Assembly: GCA_051971635.1 (NCBI GenBank)
Contig: JBFPLN010000003.1
Coordinates: forward strand, 320,001-384,000
Source: Candidatus Atelocyanobacterium thalassae
GTDB lineage: Bacteria > Cyanobacteriota > Cyanobacteriia > Cyanobacteriales > Microcystaceae
Direction: 5' to 3'
DNA: 64,000 nucleotides
The position numbers and the translations under genes are program-made. Shown here in pieces: positions 12,858 to 23,596 of this stretch (position 1 is its first letter; each line of letters opens with the position of its first letter). The notes under the pieces are model-generated. The model ran no database searches. It was not told the DNA's origin and saw only the letters and a list, made by a program, of their open reading frames with translations.

Positions 12858-13460
12858 CTATTTTTTAACCATTAATAGTTTGGCAGCGAAAGCTCCTCCC
12901 AAAAAGCCAAATAAATGACCTTGCCAAGAAATACCTGGCTGTGTAGGCAATAATCCAATAATTAAGCCTCCATATAAGAAAAATATTACAATCGATACAC
13001 ATATCGAGATGATTTGTTTTTGAAAATAACCTCTTAGTAATAAAAATCCTAAATAACCAAATATCAGTATACTTGCTCCGATATGTACAGAGTTCACAGG
13101 ACCAAACAGCCAAACACCTAGACCTCCTATCGTTGTAGTTAAGAATGTCACGAGCCAAAAATCATTAGTTTTTTGAAGCATAACAAAAAATCCTAAAACT
13201 AAGAAAGGAATAGTATTATTAATTAGATGAGATAAATCTCCATGTAAGAAAGGCGCAAGAAAAATACCTCTTAGCCCTTGTAAGGTGTGAGGCTGAACAC
13301 CTAAGTTATCGAGTTTTCCATGAAAAATAAAAATATCAACTAATTCTACTATCCAAAAAATACTAACAAATCCTGCTAAGATAATAATTTTGTTTTTAAT
13401 TTTTTTGGAAAAGTTATTTTTATATAATTGCCTCATAATGTTTTTAAATGGAAACATCAT
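12858..13460 (-). CDS. Rhomboid family intramembrane serine protease
   Basis: Multi-TM; PFLHGD..HLINN, HIGAS (catalytic Ser), SWQGHLFG (catalytic His). Confidence 0.88.
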   Translation of the reverse strand: MMFPFKNIMRQLYKNNFSKKIKNKIIILAGFVSIFWIVELVDIFIFHGKLDNLGVQPHTLQGLRGIFLAPFLHGDLSHLINNTIPFLVLGFFVMLQKTNDFWLVTFLTTTIGGLGVWLFGPVNSVHIGASILIFGYLGFLLLRGYFQKQIISICVSIVIFFLYGGLIIGLLPTQPGISWQGHLFGFLGGAFAAKLLMVKK

Positions 13461-13518
13461 TAATAATAATAACTATTAGTGGTACATTTCGTATAAATAT
13501 TTAGTTTTATAAAAAATA

Positions 13519-13881
13519 ATGGACTCTATCGAAATACAGGGAATTCGTTGCTATGGTTATACTGGATATTTACCAGAAGAAAAAATTTTAGGACAATGGT
13601 TTGAGGTTAACCTAAGATTAAGTCTAAATTTAAAAATCTCAGGGGTAAGCGATTCAATTGAAGATACATTAGACTACTGCAGCGTGATCAATATTGTTAA
13701 AGACGAAGTTACGTCTGCTAATTTTTGCCTCATCGAAAAATTAGCAGAAATAATAGCTCAAAAAATATTATCTCTACCAAAAGTTGATGAAGTTAGCATG
13801 AATTTAAGCAAGGTTTCACCTCCTATCCCTAATTTCGAAGGTCGAGTTACTGTTAACATTACCCGAAAACACATTAGATAG
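13519..13881 (+). CDS. folB: Dihydroneopterin aldolase
   Basis: YGYTGYLPEE..LGQWFEV, DTLDY, LIEKLAE, K..PPIP. Confidence 0.92.
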   Translation: MDSIEIQGIRCYGYTGYLPEEKILGQWFEVNLRLSLNLKISGVSDSIEDTLDYCSVINIVKDEVTSANFCLIEKLAEIIAQKILSLPKVDEVSMNLSKVSPPIPNFEGRVTVNITRKHIR

Positions 13882-14052
13882 TAATATATGATATGCGATA
13901 AAAGTATTGTCCAAATATAAAAATTGATCACAAAAAATATAATTCAATTTATTTTTACCTAGCTTTTCACGCCTAACATGGCGATTATTCCTTCTCTATT
14001 GTTTAACAAAATTAAACATTTATTTGTTTAAGTTCTAATTCTTATTTGTTTT

Positions 14053-14625
14053 ATGAATATTAATTCCGAAATTAGTAGATTGTTAGATGTAATGCCTGCC
14101 TCTGGTAGGATGCTAACCAAAATTGTCAGTAAATCAGGACAATTACAAGTAATTAAAACACCTTTTCCGTTTCCTTGGAATCGAAAAAATAGATTAATTT
14201 ATATTAATTTTAGCCTTTGGTGCCAATTAACAGAAGGACAAAGAGATCTGTTGATTCTACGCGTAATACTTCATTTAAAAGATATCTATTCATTTAGATT
14301 TGATCTAAACCAAGTTATTCTATTATTTGGTATTTCAGAATTATTTATCAAAGTCCTACAAAAAGATGCATTAGGAATTTCAGTATTCGGAATATTAATT
14401 ATTATTTTTATAAAACAGTTCTGGTATATTGATCGAAACATTAGAAAAGAACTAGATCTTGATAAGGATACGATAAAAGCATCTCTTAAAAGAGGATATA
14501 CAAAAGATATTGCAGCAAAGAATCTTTTAGCAGGAATTGAGAATGTAGCTAAGCTAGAAGGTCGTTCTGTATCAAAATCAAAAAATTTATTTCGTCTAGA
14601 ATATCTTCAATCTCTAATTAACTAA
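14053..14625 (+). CDS. DUF3318-family protein, divergent
   Basis: N-terminal RLLDVMPASGRM and PFPWN..IYINF match the recalled DUF3318 pattern; C-terminal half degenerate. Confidence 0.7.
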   Translation: MNINSEISRLLDVMPASGRMLTKIVSKSGQLQVIKTPFPFPWNRKNRLIYINFSLWCQLTEGQRDLLILRVILHLKDIYSFRFDLNQVILLFGISELFIKVLQKDALGISVFGILIIIFIKQFWYIDRNIRKELDLDKDTIKASLKRGYTKDIAAKNLLAGIENVAKLEGRSVSKSKNLFRLEYLQSLIN

Positions 14626-16109
14626 TTATAAATTACTTTGATAGTCTTTAAATCCTGATGACTACATCCAGTAATTATTCCTCCTTGTTGTTTAATTTTT
14701 AGTAAATATTCAATTGCTTTATTAGTAATAAGCTCTCCTGGCATTATTATGGGTATCCCTGGCGGATAAGGACATAACATTTCTCCACTTATCAATCCAA
14801 TACTTTTTTCAGCTGAAACAATTTTTTTAGATGCGAAAAAAGCATCTCTGGGAGATATGCTCAGAGACGAAAAAGATTTTGACTTATAGGATGAAAAAGG
14901 TATTGTCATTCTTAAAGATGAGGTATGTATTATTTTCTTCAGTTCCATAAAGGAGCTCACCAATGCTGCTATATCTTCTTCAGTATTTCCTATCGAAATG
15001 ATGAAAGTAAGAGAAGACAGCATAGGTAACTCTGCTGTCACATTTAATTTTGTTCTCAAAATTTTATCTATTTCCCAACCACTAACTCCTAAAGAAGAAA
15101 TATCGATTGTCAATCTTGTTATGTCTAGATCATAAAATTCTGGCTTTTTTTTTATTAAACTTAAAGTAGAGAATCCTTCAATATTATTAATTTTATCTAT
15201 TGATAGTTCCGATAATTCTATAGTTTTACTCAACATTTTTTGACCATCAATTACAATCTGTTGTCTTGCTCCATCTAAAGATGCTAGTAATAAATTACTA
15301 GGACTACTAGATTGTACTAACTGTAAAACTTGATTAAGTTTATACTCATCAATTAGATTACCTTGTATGTGTAACATAGAAGCTTGTGTCACTGCACCTA
15401 AAACTTTATGTGTGGATTGAACACTTAAATCGGCTCCTACTGATAATGCCGAAGCAGGTAATGCTTTGTGAAACTGAAAATGTGCTCCGTGTGCTTCGTC
15501 TACTAATAAAGGAATGTTATAAGAATGAGTAATTTTAACTATTTCTGCAATATTGCCACAAATACCGTGATAGGTTGGATGAATTATCAAGACTGCCTTT
15601 ATATTATGATATTTTTCTAGTGCTATTTTTAAAATTCTTGGAGTAATGTTCAGAGGTAAGCCCAATTTAGAATCACATTCAGGATATAAAAAGACAGGAA
15701 TTGCTCCAGACATAATTAGACCTGTCGTTACTGAATGGTGAATATTCCTCGGTACAATGATCCTATCTCCTGGATTGCAGACAGCTAAAATTGCGGCCAC
15801 GATACCACAACTCGAGCCATTAATGAGAAACCAAGTCCTTCTGGCTCCAAAAGCTTCTGCTGCCAGATCTTGAGCTTTTTCAATTGCTTTGTCAGGTATA
15901 AATAAATTGCCTATCTCTGGTAGTTCTGGTACGTCTGATTTAAATACTTCTTCTCCTAATAGAGATAATAATGATGCATTTATTCCTTGACCGCGCTTAT
16001 GGCCAGGAGCATAAAAAGCTGCATCTTGATTTTTTTTTAAAGTATTCAAGATATCAATCAGAGGGGTAGTGTCTTGATTGTGAGAATAAATATTTTTTGG
16101 TAGTGTCAT
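14622..16109 (-). CDS. PLP-dependent Orn/Lys/Arg decarboxylase
   Basis: PGHKRG, NGSSCG, VDEAHGAH, QSTHK (PLP lysine), CPYPPGIP. Confidence 0.9.
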   Translation of the reverse strand: MTLPKNIYSHNQDTTPLIDILNTLKKNQDAAFYAPGHKRGQGINASLLSLLGEEVFKSDVPELPEIGNLFIPDKAIEKAQDLAAEAFGARRTWFLINGSSCGIVAAILAVCNPGDRIIVPRNIHHSVTTGLIMSGAIPVFLYPECDSKLGLPLNITPRILKIALEKYHNIKAVLIIHPTYHGICGNIAEIVKITHSYNIPLLVDEAHGAHFQFHKALPASALSVGADLSVQSTHKVLGAVTQASMLHIQGNLIDEYKLNQVLQLVQSSSPSNLLLASLDGARQQIVIDGQKMLSKTIELSELSIDKINNIEGFSTLSLIKKKPEFYDLDITRLTIDISSLGVSGWEIDKILRTKLNVTAELPMLSSLTFIISIGNTEEDIAALVSSFMELKKIIHTSSLRMTIPFSSYKSKSFSSLSISPRDAFFASKKIVSAEKSIGLISGEMLCPYPPGIPIIMPGELITNKAIEYLLKIKQQGGIITGCSHQDLKTIKVIYN

Positions 16110-16756
16110 TGACCTATTATAGGTATATGCATAAGTAATAATAAATTTAGTAGTAAAAAAACTAAAAGCCTGTAACTAATTTATAAAATATTATTTTATT
16201 TTTATTTTTAATATCTGCTTATAACAAATAGTATGTAAAATATTATTTTATTTTCCCCCTTTACTAAGTACTTTACAAATATCTCATAGTTTTGAATAAT
16301 TTTTTTTTAAATTACATAATTTACTTTTAGATAATAATTAATCTTTTAGCTTGTTATTTCTATTACTAAAAAATACATTATTATCTGGTGAAATATTATA
16401 TGTATATTTAGATACGATACTTTTTAAGAGCTTTGATGATAGCAATTGATACTAAAACTCTCTAAATTACTTTATTTATAAAGTAATTCGATTAAAGAAT
16501 ATGATTTTATATCAAGCTTAATCATAAAAATCAAAGCAATTAAAAACTAGCAATAGTCTTTTACTATCAGAGACTATTTCTGTATTTAAGACTAAAGTAT
16601 TTACTGAAAAATAACAGAAATAGAAAAAAAATTATTGTATAAAGAATCAAAAATTGAACACAATAGAGCTTTTGATGAAGGTAAGCTTTTTACTTAAAAC
16701 AACCCTTCTTTTATAATCAAAGAAAGGCTTATTAGATTCAATTCTTTATTAATAAC

Positions 16757-17233
16757 ATGGCACTGCTTACTACAGGGAAAAGTTTTATTCGTGACTTAGA
16801 AAAGTCAGGTGCACTTGGAATTTTTACTCCTTTGGAAGGAGGATCAGAAGGTCGTTATCAAAGACGTTTACGACTTAACGGATATGACAGTTTTTCTTTT
16901 ACTGCAAAAGGACTTGGAGATATAGAGGCTTATCTTACCAAAGTTCATGGAGTATCTACTCCTCATTTGGGGAAAAAGAACATTGGTCAACAAGCTGCAG
17001 TAGGTCCAATATATTTTGTTCCTCCAATTGCTACCTATAGATTAGATAATCTATCTTCAAAATCCAAGGGATTAATTCTATGGATTGTAGAAGGTCATGT
17101 CTTATCTAGAGATGAATTGGAGTACTTAATAAATCTACCTCATCAAGAACCTCGAATTAAAGTTGTTGTTGAATTAGGAGGTGAACGTTATTTTCGCTGG
17201 GAATCTTTAGAAAAAATTGCTCAGGCGGCTTAA
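16757..17233 (+). CDS. ndhN: NDH-1 complex subunit N
   Basis: MALLTTGKSFIRDLEKSGAL, PLEGG.EGRYQRRLR, KGLILW. Confidence 0.95.
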   Translation: MALLTTGKSFIRDLEKSGALGIFTPLEGGSEGRYQRRLRLNGYDSFSFTAKGLGDIEAYLTKVHGVSTPHLGKKNIGQQAAVGPIYFVPPIATYRLDNLSSKSKGLILWIVEGHVLSRDELEYLINLPHQEPRIKVVVELGGERYFRWESLEKIAQAA

Positions 17234-17244
17234 TGTAATTAAGG

Positions 17245-17279
17245 AATTGCGGCTTTTTAGTTGAAAGAAGACCGCAATT
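17245..17279. terminator. Probable bidirectional terminator between convergent ndhN and recR
   Basis: AATTGCGG / CCGCAATT inverted repeat, extendable, 12 nt after the ndhN stop. Confidence 0.6.
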
Positions 17280-17436
17280 TCTTAGTTATATCACTAGAGA
17301 TTGATTCTTAAAAATTTTAAATAATAACTATATAAAGATAGCAAGCGTTTGATTATTAGATACTAAAATTATTTAGAAAAATATCTAATAATTAGATATT
17401 TTTCTATTTTTTACTTCACTCTATTCTCTAACTTTA

Positions 17437-18045
17437 TTAATTCAATTCTTGCCGACCAGCTAAGGCTCTCGCTAATGTTATTTCATCTGTATACTCCAGG
17501 TCTCCACCCACAGGTAGACCAAAAGCAATACGCGTTACCTTTGTGAAGGCTTTAAGTACTTGGCAAAGATACAAAGTCATTGTTTCTCCTTCAACTGTTG
17601 GACTAATTGCTAAAATTACTTCTTTTATATTTTCCTGAGATACACGTTTAACTAGTGGCGCGATATTTAGCTGTTCTGGCCCGATACCATCTATAGGAGA
17701 CATAACTCCTCCTATCACATGGTAAACTCCCTTATATTCTCTAGTTTTCTCTAAAGCGATAATATCTCGAGATTCAGCCACAACACATATAGTGTCTAAA
17801 TTTCGATTTGTATTACTACAAATGTCACAAATAGGGTTTTCTGAAAAATGAAAACATTTTGTACATAAACCTATACGTTGCTTCGCATTAATTAAGGCCT
17901 TGGCAAGAGCTTGAACTTCGGATTCAGGTAATTTAAGAATATAGAAAGCTAATCTTTGTGCTGTTTTTGGACCAATTCCTGGTAATCGCTGCAGTTTTTC
18001 AATTAAACGAGCTAGAGGAGGTGTGAAAATAAGAAATAACTCCAA
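17437..18045 (-). CDS. recR: Recombination mediator RecR; start may be ATT at 18030
   Basis: [13 protein letters not shown]hH, C4 zinc finger, Toprim domain, [14 protein letters not shown]. Confidence 0.96.
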   Translation of the reverse strand: MELFLIFTPPLARLIEKLQRLPGIGPKTAQRLAFYILKLPESEVQALAKALINAKQRIGLCTKCFHFSENPICDICSNTNRNLDTICVVAESRDIIALEKTREYKGVYHVIGGVMSPIDGIGPEQLNIAPLVKRVSQENIKEVILAISPTVEGETMTLYLCQVLKAFTKVTRIAFGLPVGGDLEYTDEITLARALAGRQELN

Positions 18046-18112
18046 ACTTAATAAACTACGAAACGCTAAAATAACTGATAATACAATTGAACTATTACAA
18101 ATTATTGTTTGA

Positions 18113-18865
18113 CTAATTTAGCTTTTTCATTTTATCAGTTTTAATATCCAATTTTGTATTTCCTTTTGTATATTGATTCTCATCATTAATTAATTTAATA
18201 GGTCTCTTATAACGAGGTATTTTTTGTGTTGGCACTTCAAGATCTTTATCCCATCCCCAACAGTTTCGTGAAGGAATAAATTTGAAAATTCCTTGAATAA
18301 ACCAACGAGGAGGCATTTTATCTCTTGATATTTTAGGATTAAATCTAAAAGGTGTCGCTTCATCTTCTCGTCTCATTAAAACTGGAAGATGAGATGCTTT
18401 AAATTTTCCCTTAGGATCATTAGCATTCTGATTTCGATATACAGAAATAACCGGAGTTCGAATCTGTGGAACAAATTGCCAAACCCCTCTAAATTTGAAC
18501 ATTCCTGGCTCTTCTCCCCAAGAATTTTGTTCTTCCCAAGCAGCAACTTGAAAGTAAATCTGAGGTTCTTTACGAGGTATCATCAAGAACTTGGGGTAGA
18601 CGCGCAAAAATAAAGTTTGGTCATGATTGGAAGATATTTGTTTAAGCCAAGCTTGGTATTTGTAACCAGCAATAAATAACTTATAACATTTTTCTCCTAA
18701 ACGAATAAAAAAATGACCTTCTTCATCTTGTTCAGGCTTCCCTTTAAGGGTTCCAATAGCTTGAAAAAGGATAGGATTTTCTTCAACTTCAAGCTTAGAG
18801 ATTGAAGTTTCTTTAGATTTAGTAGGTTTTGAGATCCCAGCAGCAAGTTCTTCAGGGACGGACAT
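18113..18865 (-). CDS. Conserved hypothetical cyanobacterial protein
   Basis: About 250 aa ORF (ATG at 18865; track starts at TTG 18880) with [26 protein letters not shown] blocks; no function recognised. Confidence 0.75.
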   Translation of the reverse strand: MSVPEELAAGISKPTKSKETSISKLEVEENPILFQAIGTLKGKPEQDEEGHFFIRLGEKCYKLFIAGYKYQAWLKQISSNHDQTLFLRVYPKFLMIPRKEPQIYFQVAAWEEQNSWGEEPGMFKFRGVWQFVPQIRTPVISVYRNQNANDPKGKFKASHLPVLMRREDEATPFRFNPKISRDKMPPRWFIQGIFKFIPSRNCWGWDKDLEVPTQKIPRYKRPIKLINDENQYTKGNTKLDIKTDKMKKLN

Positions 18866-19574
18866 TTTTACGTTTCCCAATAGTTTTTTGTGATTTATCT
18901 AGCTAAATTTATCTAAATAATAAACTCCCAGATACAATAAGTCTAGGGGTTTTATAGTATAGTCTTCGCCATAATTATTCTACACAAATCGTTTAAGAAA
19001 GTGCTTTAACTAAAGAATGCATTTAGGTTTAATAAGAACTAAGAATAAAAAAATGTTAATTTTAAAGTTACAGATATTAGAAAAATAGCTTAAAGCCTAT
19101 GTCAATAGCATCTATAAAATTAAATTTTACTATTAATAATATAAACTTTAAAAAAATAAAATAAATGAATTAAGATTAAGTCTTATGTCAAATATCGTAT
19201 GCTGGAATATGATAATCATAAAAGAAAAAAGTGTGATCAGGCAAACTATTGAAAATGATAAGATTAGATAATTTTAAAGTTATATACTAATAGTATAATT
19301 TAATACAAGAGCTCTAAGCCTATTGATAAAAGATATTCACTCTACTTAACTTAAGATTATGAGCCCTATACAATTTAATTTTGCTCGCTTAACTATGAAT
19401 ATATGTCCAAGCAATTGTATTTTTCGCTATTTATAATAAATATTTAATAAAGTTGTCTCACAAATCTAATATAAAAAATATTAGGAGTTGTCAATAAAGT
19501 TTGTATATGTAGTTTCCTACTTGAACTACTTGTTATTATCCATTTAGTTAAATTCATTATTCACTAACTGATAT

Positions 19575-20117
19575 ATGCTTAAGATAAAACTTTTACAACC
19601 TGATTTAGTTTTAGGTGATACAGTTCTTTCCTTAACACAGGAAATGCTCGACCAGTATAAAATCAAAGGACTAATCTTAGATGTTGATGAAACTTTAGTC
19701 CCTCTAAAAAAATCTTTTGTTTCAGAAGAACTAAGATATTGGATACACCGCATTAAAATAAGAACTCCCATCTGGTTAGTGAGTAATAATCTTAGTAAGA
19801 ATCGCATTAGTTACATTGCTGATACATTAAACTTACCTTATTTATTAGGAGCGGTTAAACCATCTAGAAGAAAGCTCCGTATAGCAATTCATGAAATGAA
19901 TCTACCAATATCACAGGTTGCTATGGTAGGTGATCGACTGTTTACAGATATTTTGGCTGGAAATCGTCTGGGAATGTTTACTATCTTGGTGAATCCGATT
20001 ATTACTAGTGAATCTCATCCTATTCAAGACTTAGAAGTTTGGATATCTCAAAAATTAGGAGTATCTTTTATATCTTCAAAATATAAGTCTATAAAAAAAC
20101 AGGAAAATAAATCGTGA
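19575..20117 (+). CDS. YqeG-family HAD IIIA phosphatase
   Basis: DVDETL motif I, VSNN, KP, MVGDRLFTDILAGNRLG. Confidence 0.92.
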   Translation: MLKIKLLQPDLVLGDTVLSLTQEMLDQYKIKGLILDVDETLVPLKKSFVSEELRYWIHRIKIRTPIWLVSNNLSKNRISYIADTLNLPYLLGAVKPSRRKLRIAIHEMNLPISQVAMVGDRLFTDILAGNRLGMFTILVNPIITSESHPIQDLEVWISQKLGVSFISSKYKSIKKQENKS

Positions 20118-20256
20118 AAAATTAGATAAAATTTTAAATTTAATGCTCAACAAATTTTTAGCTTTTTCCCATACACTGAAACCGTTTTGTAATAAAAATT
20201 TATGCATTTATTTAAGATGATCTAATTTTTAAATTAACCTTATAAGATTTCTAGCA

Positions 20257-21897
20257 ATGAGTAATAATATTTTATTTTCTATCGAACAATTATCTATTCA
20301 GTATCCTAATAGTAATACTCGAGCGGTAAACAATATCTCTTTTAATTTATATGAAGGAGAAAGAATTGGATTAATAGGAGAATCTGGATCAGGTAAGTCA
20401 ACCGTAGGACAAGCCATGTTAAACTTATTGCCAAAAATGACTAAAGTTGAGGGGGCTATTAAATTTCAGAACCAATCAATTTTTAGTTTGAATTCTAAGC
20501 AACTAAGATATTTAAGAGGGGAACAGGTTGGCTTAGTTTTTCAAGACCCCATGAGTCGTTTTAATCCAATAATGAATATTGGTGAGCATTGTATTGAAAC
20601 TTTACAGGTGCATAATCACAAGTTGTCTTACCAAGCCGCAAAAACAATTGCCATGAATGCTTTATTACAAGTAAAAGTTAATCTTACTTGTTGGAAACAA
20701 TATCCTCATGAGTTGAGTGGAGGAATGAGACAAAGAGTAGCTATAGCAATGGTTTTATTGCTGAATCCTAAAATTATAATTGCTGATGAACCGACAACTG
20801 CTCTAGATGCTACCGTAGCTAATGAGATATTAAAAGAATTAGTTTATTTGTGCCGAGAAAAAAATACGGGACTATTACTAATTTCTCATAACTTAGCCAT
20901 GGTAAGTAAATATTGTAATCGCTTAGCTATTATGAAACATGGCGAGATTTTAGAATCAGGGAAAATATCAAATATACTAAATTATCCTCAACATAACTAC
21001 ACGAAATCATTACTAAAAATAGCTTTAAATACACAAAAGCGAGAAAGTTATACAAATATCAAGATTGATACGCAAAATCAAATACAAATAACTCCTTTAT
21101 TAAATATAAAAAATTTAAAACAGTATTTCATCGCAGATCAGAATTTGATTCAAAGTTTTTTCTTAAAAAATCAGCAAACAATTAAAGCTGTGGATAATGT
21201 TAATCTTAAAATTTTTCCTGGAGATTCTCTAGGATTAATAGGTGAATCTGGCTGTGGTAAAAGTACCTTGTCTAGAACAATATTAAAATTACTAAGCGCT
21301 ACTTCAGGAAGTATTAATTTTCGAGGAAAAGATTTAACACAACTATCTAAAAAAGAAATGCGTTTGCAACGACGTCATTTACAAATGATTTTTCAAGATC
21401 CACAAGCTTCTTTAAATCCTCTCATGACAGTTGGAGAAAGTATTGCTGAACCTTTGATTATTCATAATTTAGCAACTAAGAAGCAAGCACAATATCAAGC
21501 ATATCAAATGCTGGAAACGGTAAAGTTAAGTCCAGCAGATGATTATTATCATCGTTACCCGAAGGAACTCTCAGGAGGACAACAACAAAGAATTGCTATT
21601 GCTAGAGCACTTATTACGAAACCTAGCTTAGTTATTTGTGATGAGCCTGTTAGTATGCTTGACGTCTGTGTTCAAGAGGAAATACTTGATCTAATGTTTA
21701 AATTAAAAAGTGATTTCAATTTAACATATCTCTTCATAACACATGATTTATTAGTTGCTCGTTATTTTTGCAATAAAATAGCAGTTATGAAGCAGGGTAA
21801 GATACTGGAAATAAATGATACTAAAAATATCTTTAACTGTCCTGTACATCCTTATACAGCGAAGCTTTTAGAAGCTATACCTCTGCTTTTATCATAA
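20257..21897 (+). CDS. Peptide/nickel-type ABC transporter, fused double ATP-binding protein
   Basis: Two NBDs: [20 protein letters not shown] and [20 protein letters not shown]. Confidence 0.9.
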   Translation: MSNNILFSIEQLSIQYPNSNTRAVNNISFNLYEGERIGLIGESGSGKSTVGQAMLNLLPKMTKVEGAIKFQNQSIFSLNSKQLRYLRGEQVGLVFQDPMSRFNPIMNIGEHCIETLQVHNHKLSYQAAKTIAMNALLQVKVNLTCWKQYPHELSGGMRQRVAIAMVLLLNPKIIIADEPTTALDATVANEILKELVYLCREKNTGLLLISHNLAMVSKYCNRLAIMKHGEILESGKISNILNYPQHNYTKSLLKIALNTQKRESYTNIKIDTQNQIQITPLLNIKNLKQYFIADQNLIQSFFLKNQQTIKAVDNVNLKIFPGDSLGLIGESGCGKSTLSRTILKLLSATSGSINFRGKDLTQLSKKEMRLQRRHLQMIFQDPQASLNPLMTVGESIAEPLIIHNLATKKQAQYQAYQMLETVKLSPADDYYHRYPKELSGGQQQRIAIARALITKPSLVICDEPVSMLDVCVQEEILDLMFKLKSDFNLTYLFITHDLLVARYFCNKIAVMKQGKILEINDTKNIFNCPVHPYTAKLLEAIPLLLS

Positions 21898-22107
21898 AAA
21901 AATTTATTATTCTTACTTATTTATTTCAATTCATACTAAAAATAATTTTTCATAATTGAAATAGTAATCTTCGTAAATACTATATGATTACTATTAATAA
22001 TAAAAGAGATAAATGTTTTAGTACTATAGTGTAAGTAAGATTTTCTACAGTTGCGGATACATTGTAGTTAAAATTTTTTAGAAAAGTATATATTACTATA
22101 ATTTAGA

Positions 22108-22180
22108 AGCCACGTATCGGATTTGAACCGATGGCCCCATCATTACGAGTGATGTGCTCTACCAACTGAGCTAACGTGGC
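22108..22180 (-). tRNA. trnT: tRNA-Thr (anticodon CGT)
   Basis: Minus strand GCCACGTTAGCTCAGTTGGTAGAGCACATCACTCGTAATGATGGGGCCATCGGTTCAAATCCGATACGTGGCT folds as a cloverleaf; CCA not encoded. Confidence 0.96.
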
Positions 22181-22285
22181 TTAAACATGTATTACTATAT
22201 CATATTCAAGAAGTTAAGTTGTTTAAGAAATATAGTATAGTCTTTAATTGAATAATAAAAGCGTTAACAACTATCAATGTACAAA

Positions 22286-22328
22286 TGCCTATTGATAGAC
22301 ATATGAGTTATGTATCTATCAATAGGCA
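22286..22328 (-). terminator. 14-bp perfect hairpin downstream of minE; probable terminator of gor-minCDE
   Basis: TGCCTATTGATAGA / TCTATCAATAGGCA. Confidence 0.6.
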
Positions 22329-22448
22329 GAAATCTTTAAGTTCAATATTATTACTAACATTATGAGATATTAAAAAAAACATCTTATCATAGTCAGCTAT
22401 TTTTTAAACCAGTTTAAGTATTTTAGCTTTTATTTTGCTATTTATTCT

Positions 22449-22733
22449 TTAATTAACTTTTGTAGCATCTCTTTTTACTCTGCGGATAGGAAGATTGGCT
22501 ATTAGAGCTGTCATTCTCTGATCGCTTTCTAAAGAAAATTCCATTTGTTCAGAATCAATATCTACATAACGTTTTACTACTGCTAGTATATCAGCTCTCA
22601 TAGCTTCTACCATTTCTGGATTTAGATCTGCACGGTCATGCGCTAAAATAAACTTCAAACGATGTTTAGCATCGTCTCCACTTTTTAGAGAACTTTTCCA
22701 AGGAAATATTTTTTCGAGTAAATCAATAATCAT
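22449..22733 (-). CDS. minE: Cell division topological specificity factor MinE
   Basis: AKHRLKFILAHDR, ALIANLPIRRV; follows minD. Confidence 0.95.
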   Translation of the reverse strand: MIIDLLEKIFPWKSSLKSGDDAKHRLKFILAHDRADLNPEMVEAMRADILAVVKRYVDIDSEQMEFSLESDQRMTALIANLPIRRVKRDATKVN

Positions 22734-22761
22734 GACTATAATTTAAATATTATAAAATTTT

Positions 22762-23559
22762 TTACTTTTTGAAAAAACTAATTAAACGACCGAATAAGTT
22801 ATCATCAACTGCCATAAAGTCAAGAAAAGGAATATTTTTTCCATTTAATCGTTCTGCAATGTTTACAAAAGCTGTTGCAGGTAAGGAATGGTTCTCTTCT
22901 AGCACTAGAGGTTCTCCTTTATTCGTTGAGATAATGATTTTTTCGTCGTCTGGTACTATACCTAATAGAGGAACTACTAGTAAATCTAAAATATCCTCAA
23001 CTGCAATCATTTGATTAGACTGAATCATTTTAGGTTTGATTCGGTTGACTATTAAATGAATTTTTTGAATATCTTCGCTCTCTAAAAGTCCCACTACTCT
23101 GTCAGCATCTCGAACAGCAGCCATCTCAGGAGTAGTAACTATTATAGCCTCATGTGCAGGGGTAATAGCGTTTCGAAAGCCCATTTCTATCCCTGCTGGA
23201 CAATCAATTAGAATAAAATCAAATTTTTTATCTAATTCAGCTACTAATTTTTTCATATCGTCGGGGCATATAGCCTCTTTAGTACGATTTTGGGCTGCTG
23301 GAAGTAACATTAGATTAGGTTGGCGTTTATCTTTGACTAATGCTTTATCTATAGTGCATTGTCCTGCTAAAACATCAACAGCAGTATAAACCACTCTTTG
23401 TTCTAATCCTAAAAGTAAGTCTAAATTTCTTAACCCAAAATCTGCATCAACTAAAACAATTTTAAATCCCAAGTAGGCTATTGCTGATCCTAAATTGGCG
23501 GTAATAGTAGTTTTACCGACGCCTCCCTTTCCAGAAGTAATTACAATTACACGACTCAT
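22762..23559 (-). CDS. minD: Septum site-determining ATPase MinD
   Basis: SGKGGVGKTT, DFGLRNLDLLLGLE, DCPAGIE, VRDADRV. Confidence 0.97.
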   Translation of the reverse strand: MSRVIVITSGKGGVGKTTITANLGSAIAYLGFKIVLVDADFGLRNLDLLLGLEQRVVYTAVDVLAGQCTIDKALVKDKRQPNLMLLPAAQNRTKEAICPDDMKKLVAELDKKFDFILIDCPAGIEMGFRNAITPAHEAIIVTTPEMAAVRDADRVVGLLESEDIQKIHLIVNRIKPKMIQSNQMIAVEDILDLLVVPLLGIVPDDEKIIISTNKGEPLVLEENHSLPATAFVNIAERLNGKNIPFLDFMAVDDNLFGRLISFFKK

Positions 23560-23596
23560 GATTAAAAACTCTACTATATGGTATGAAGTATTTATT

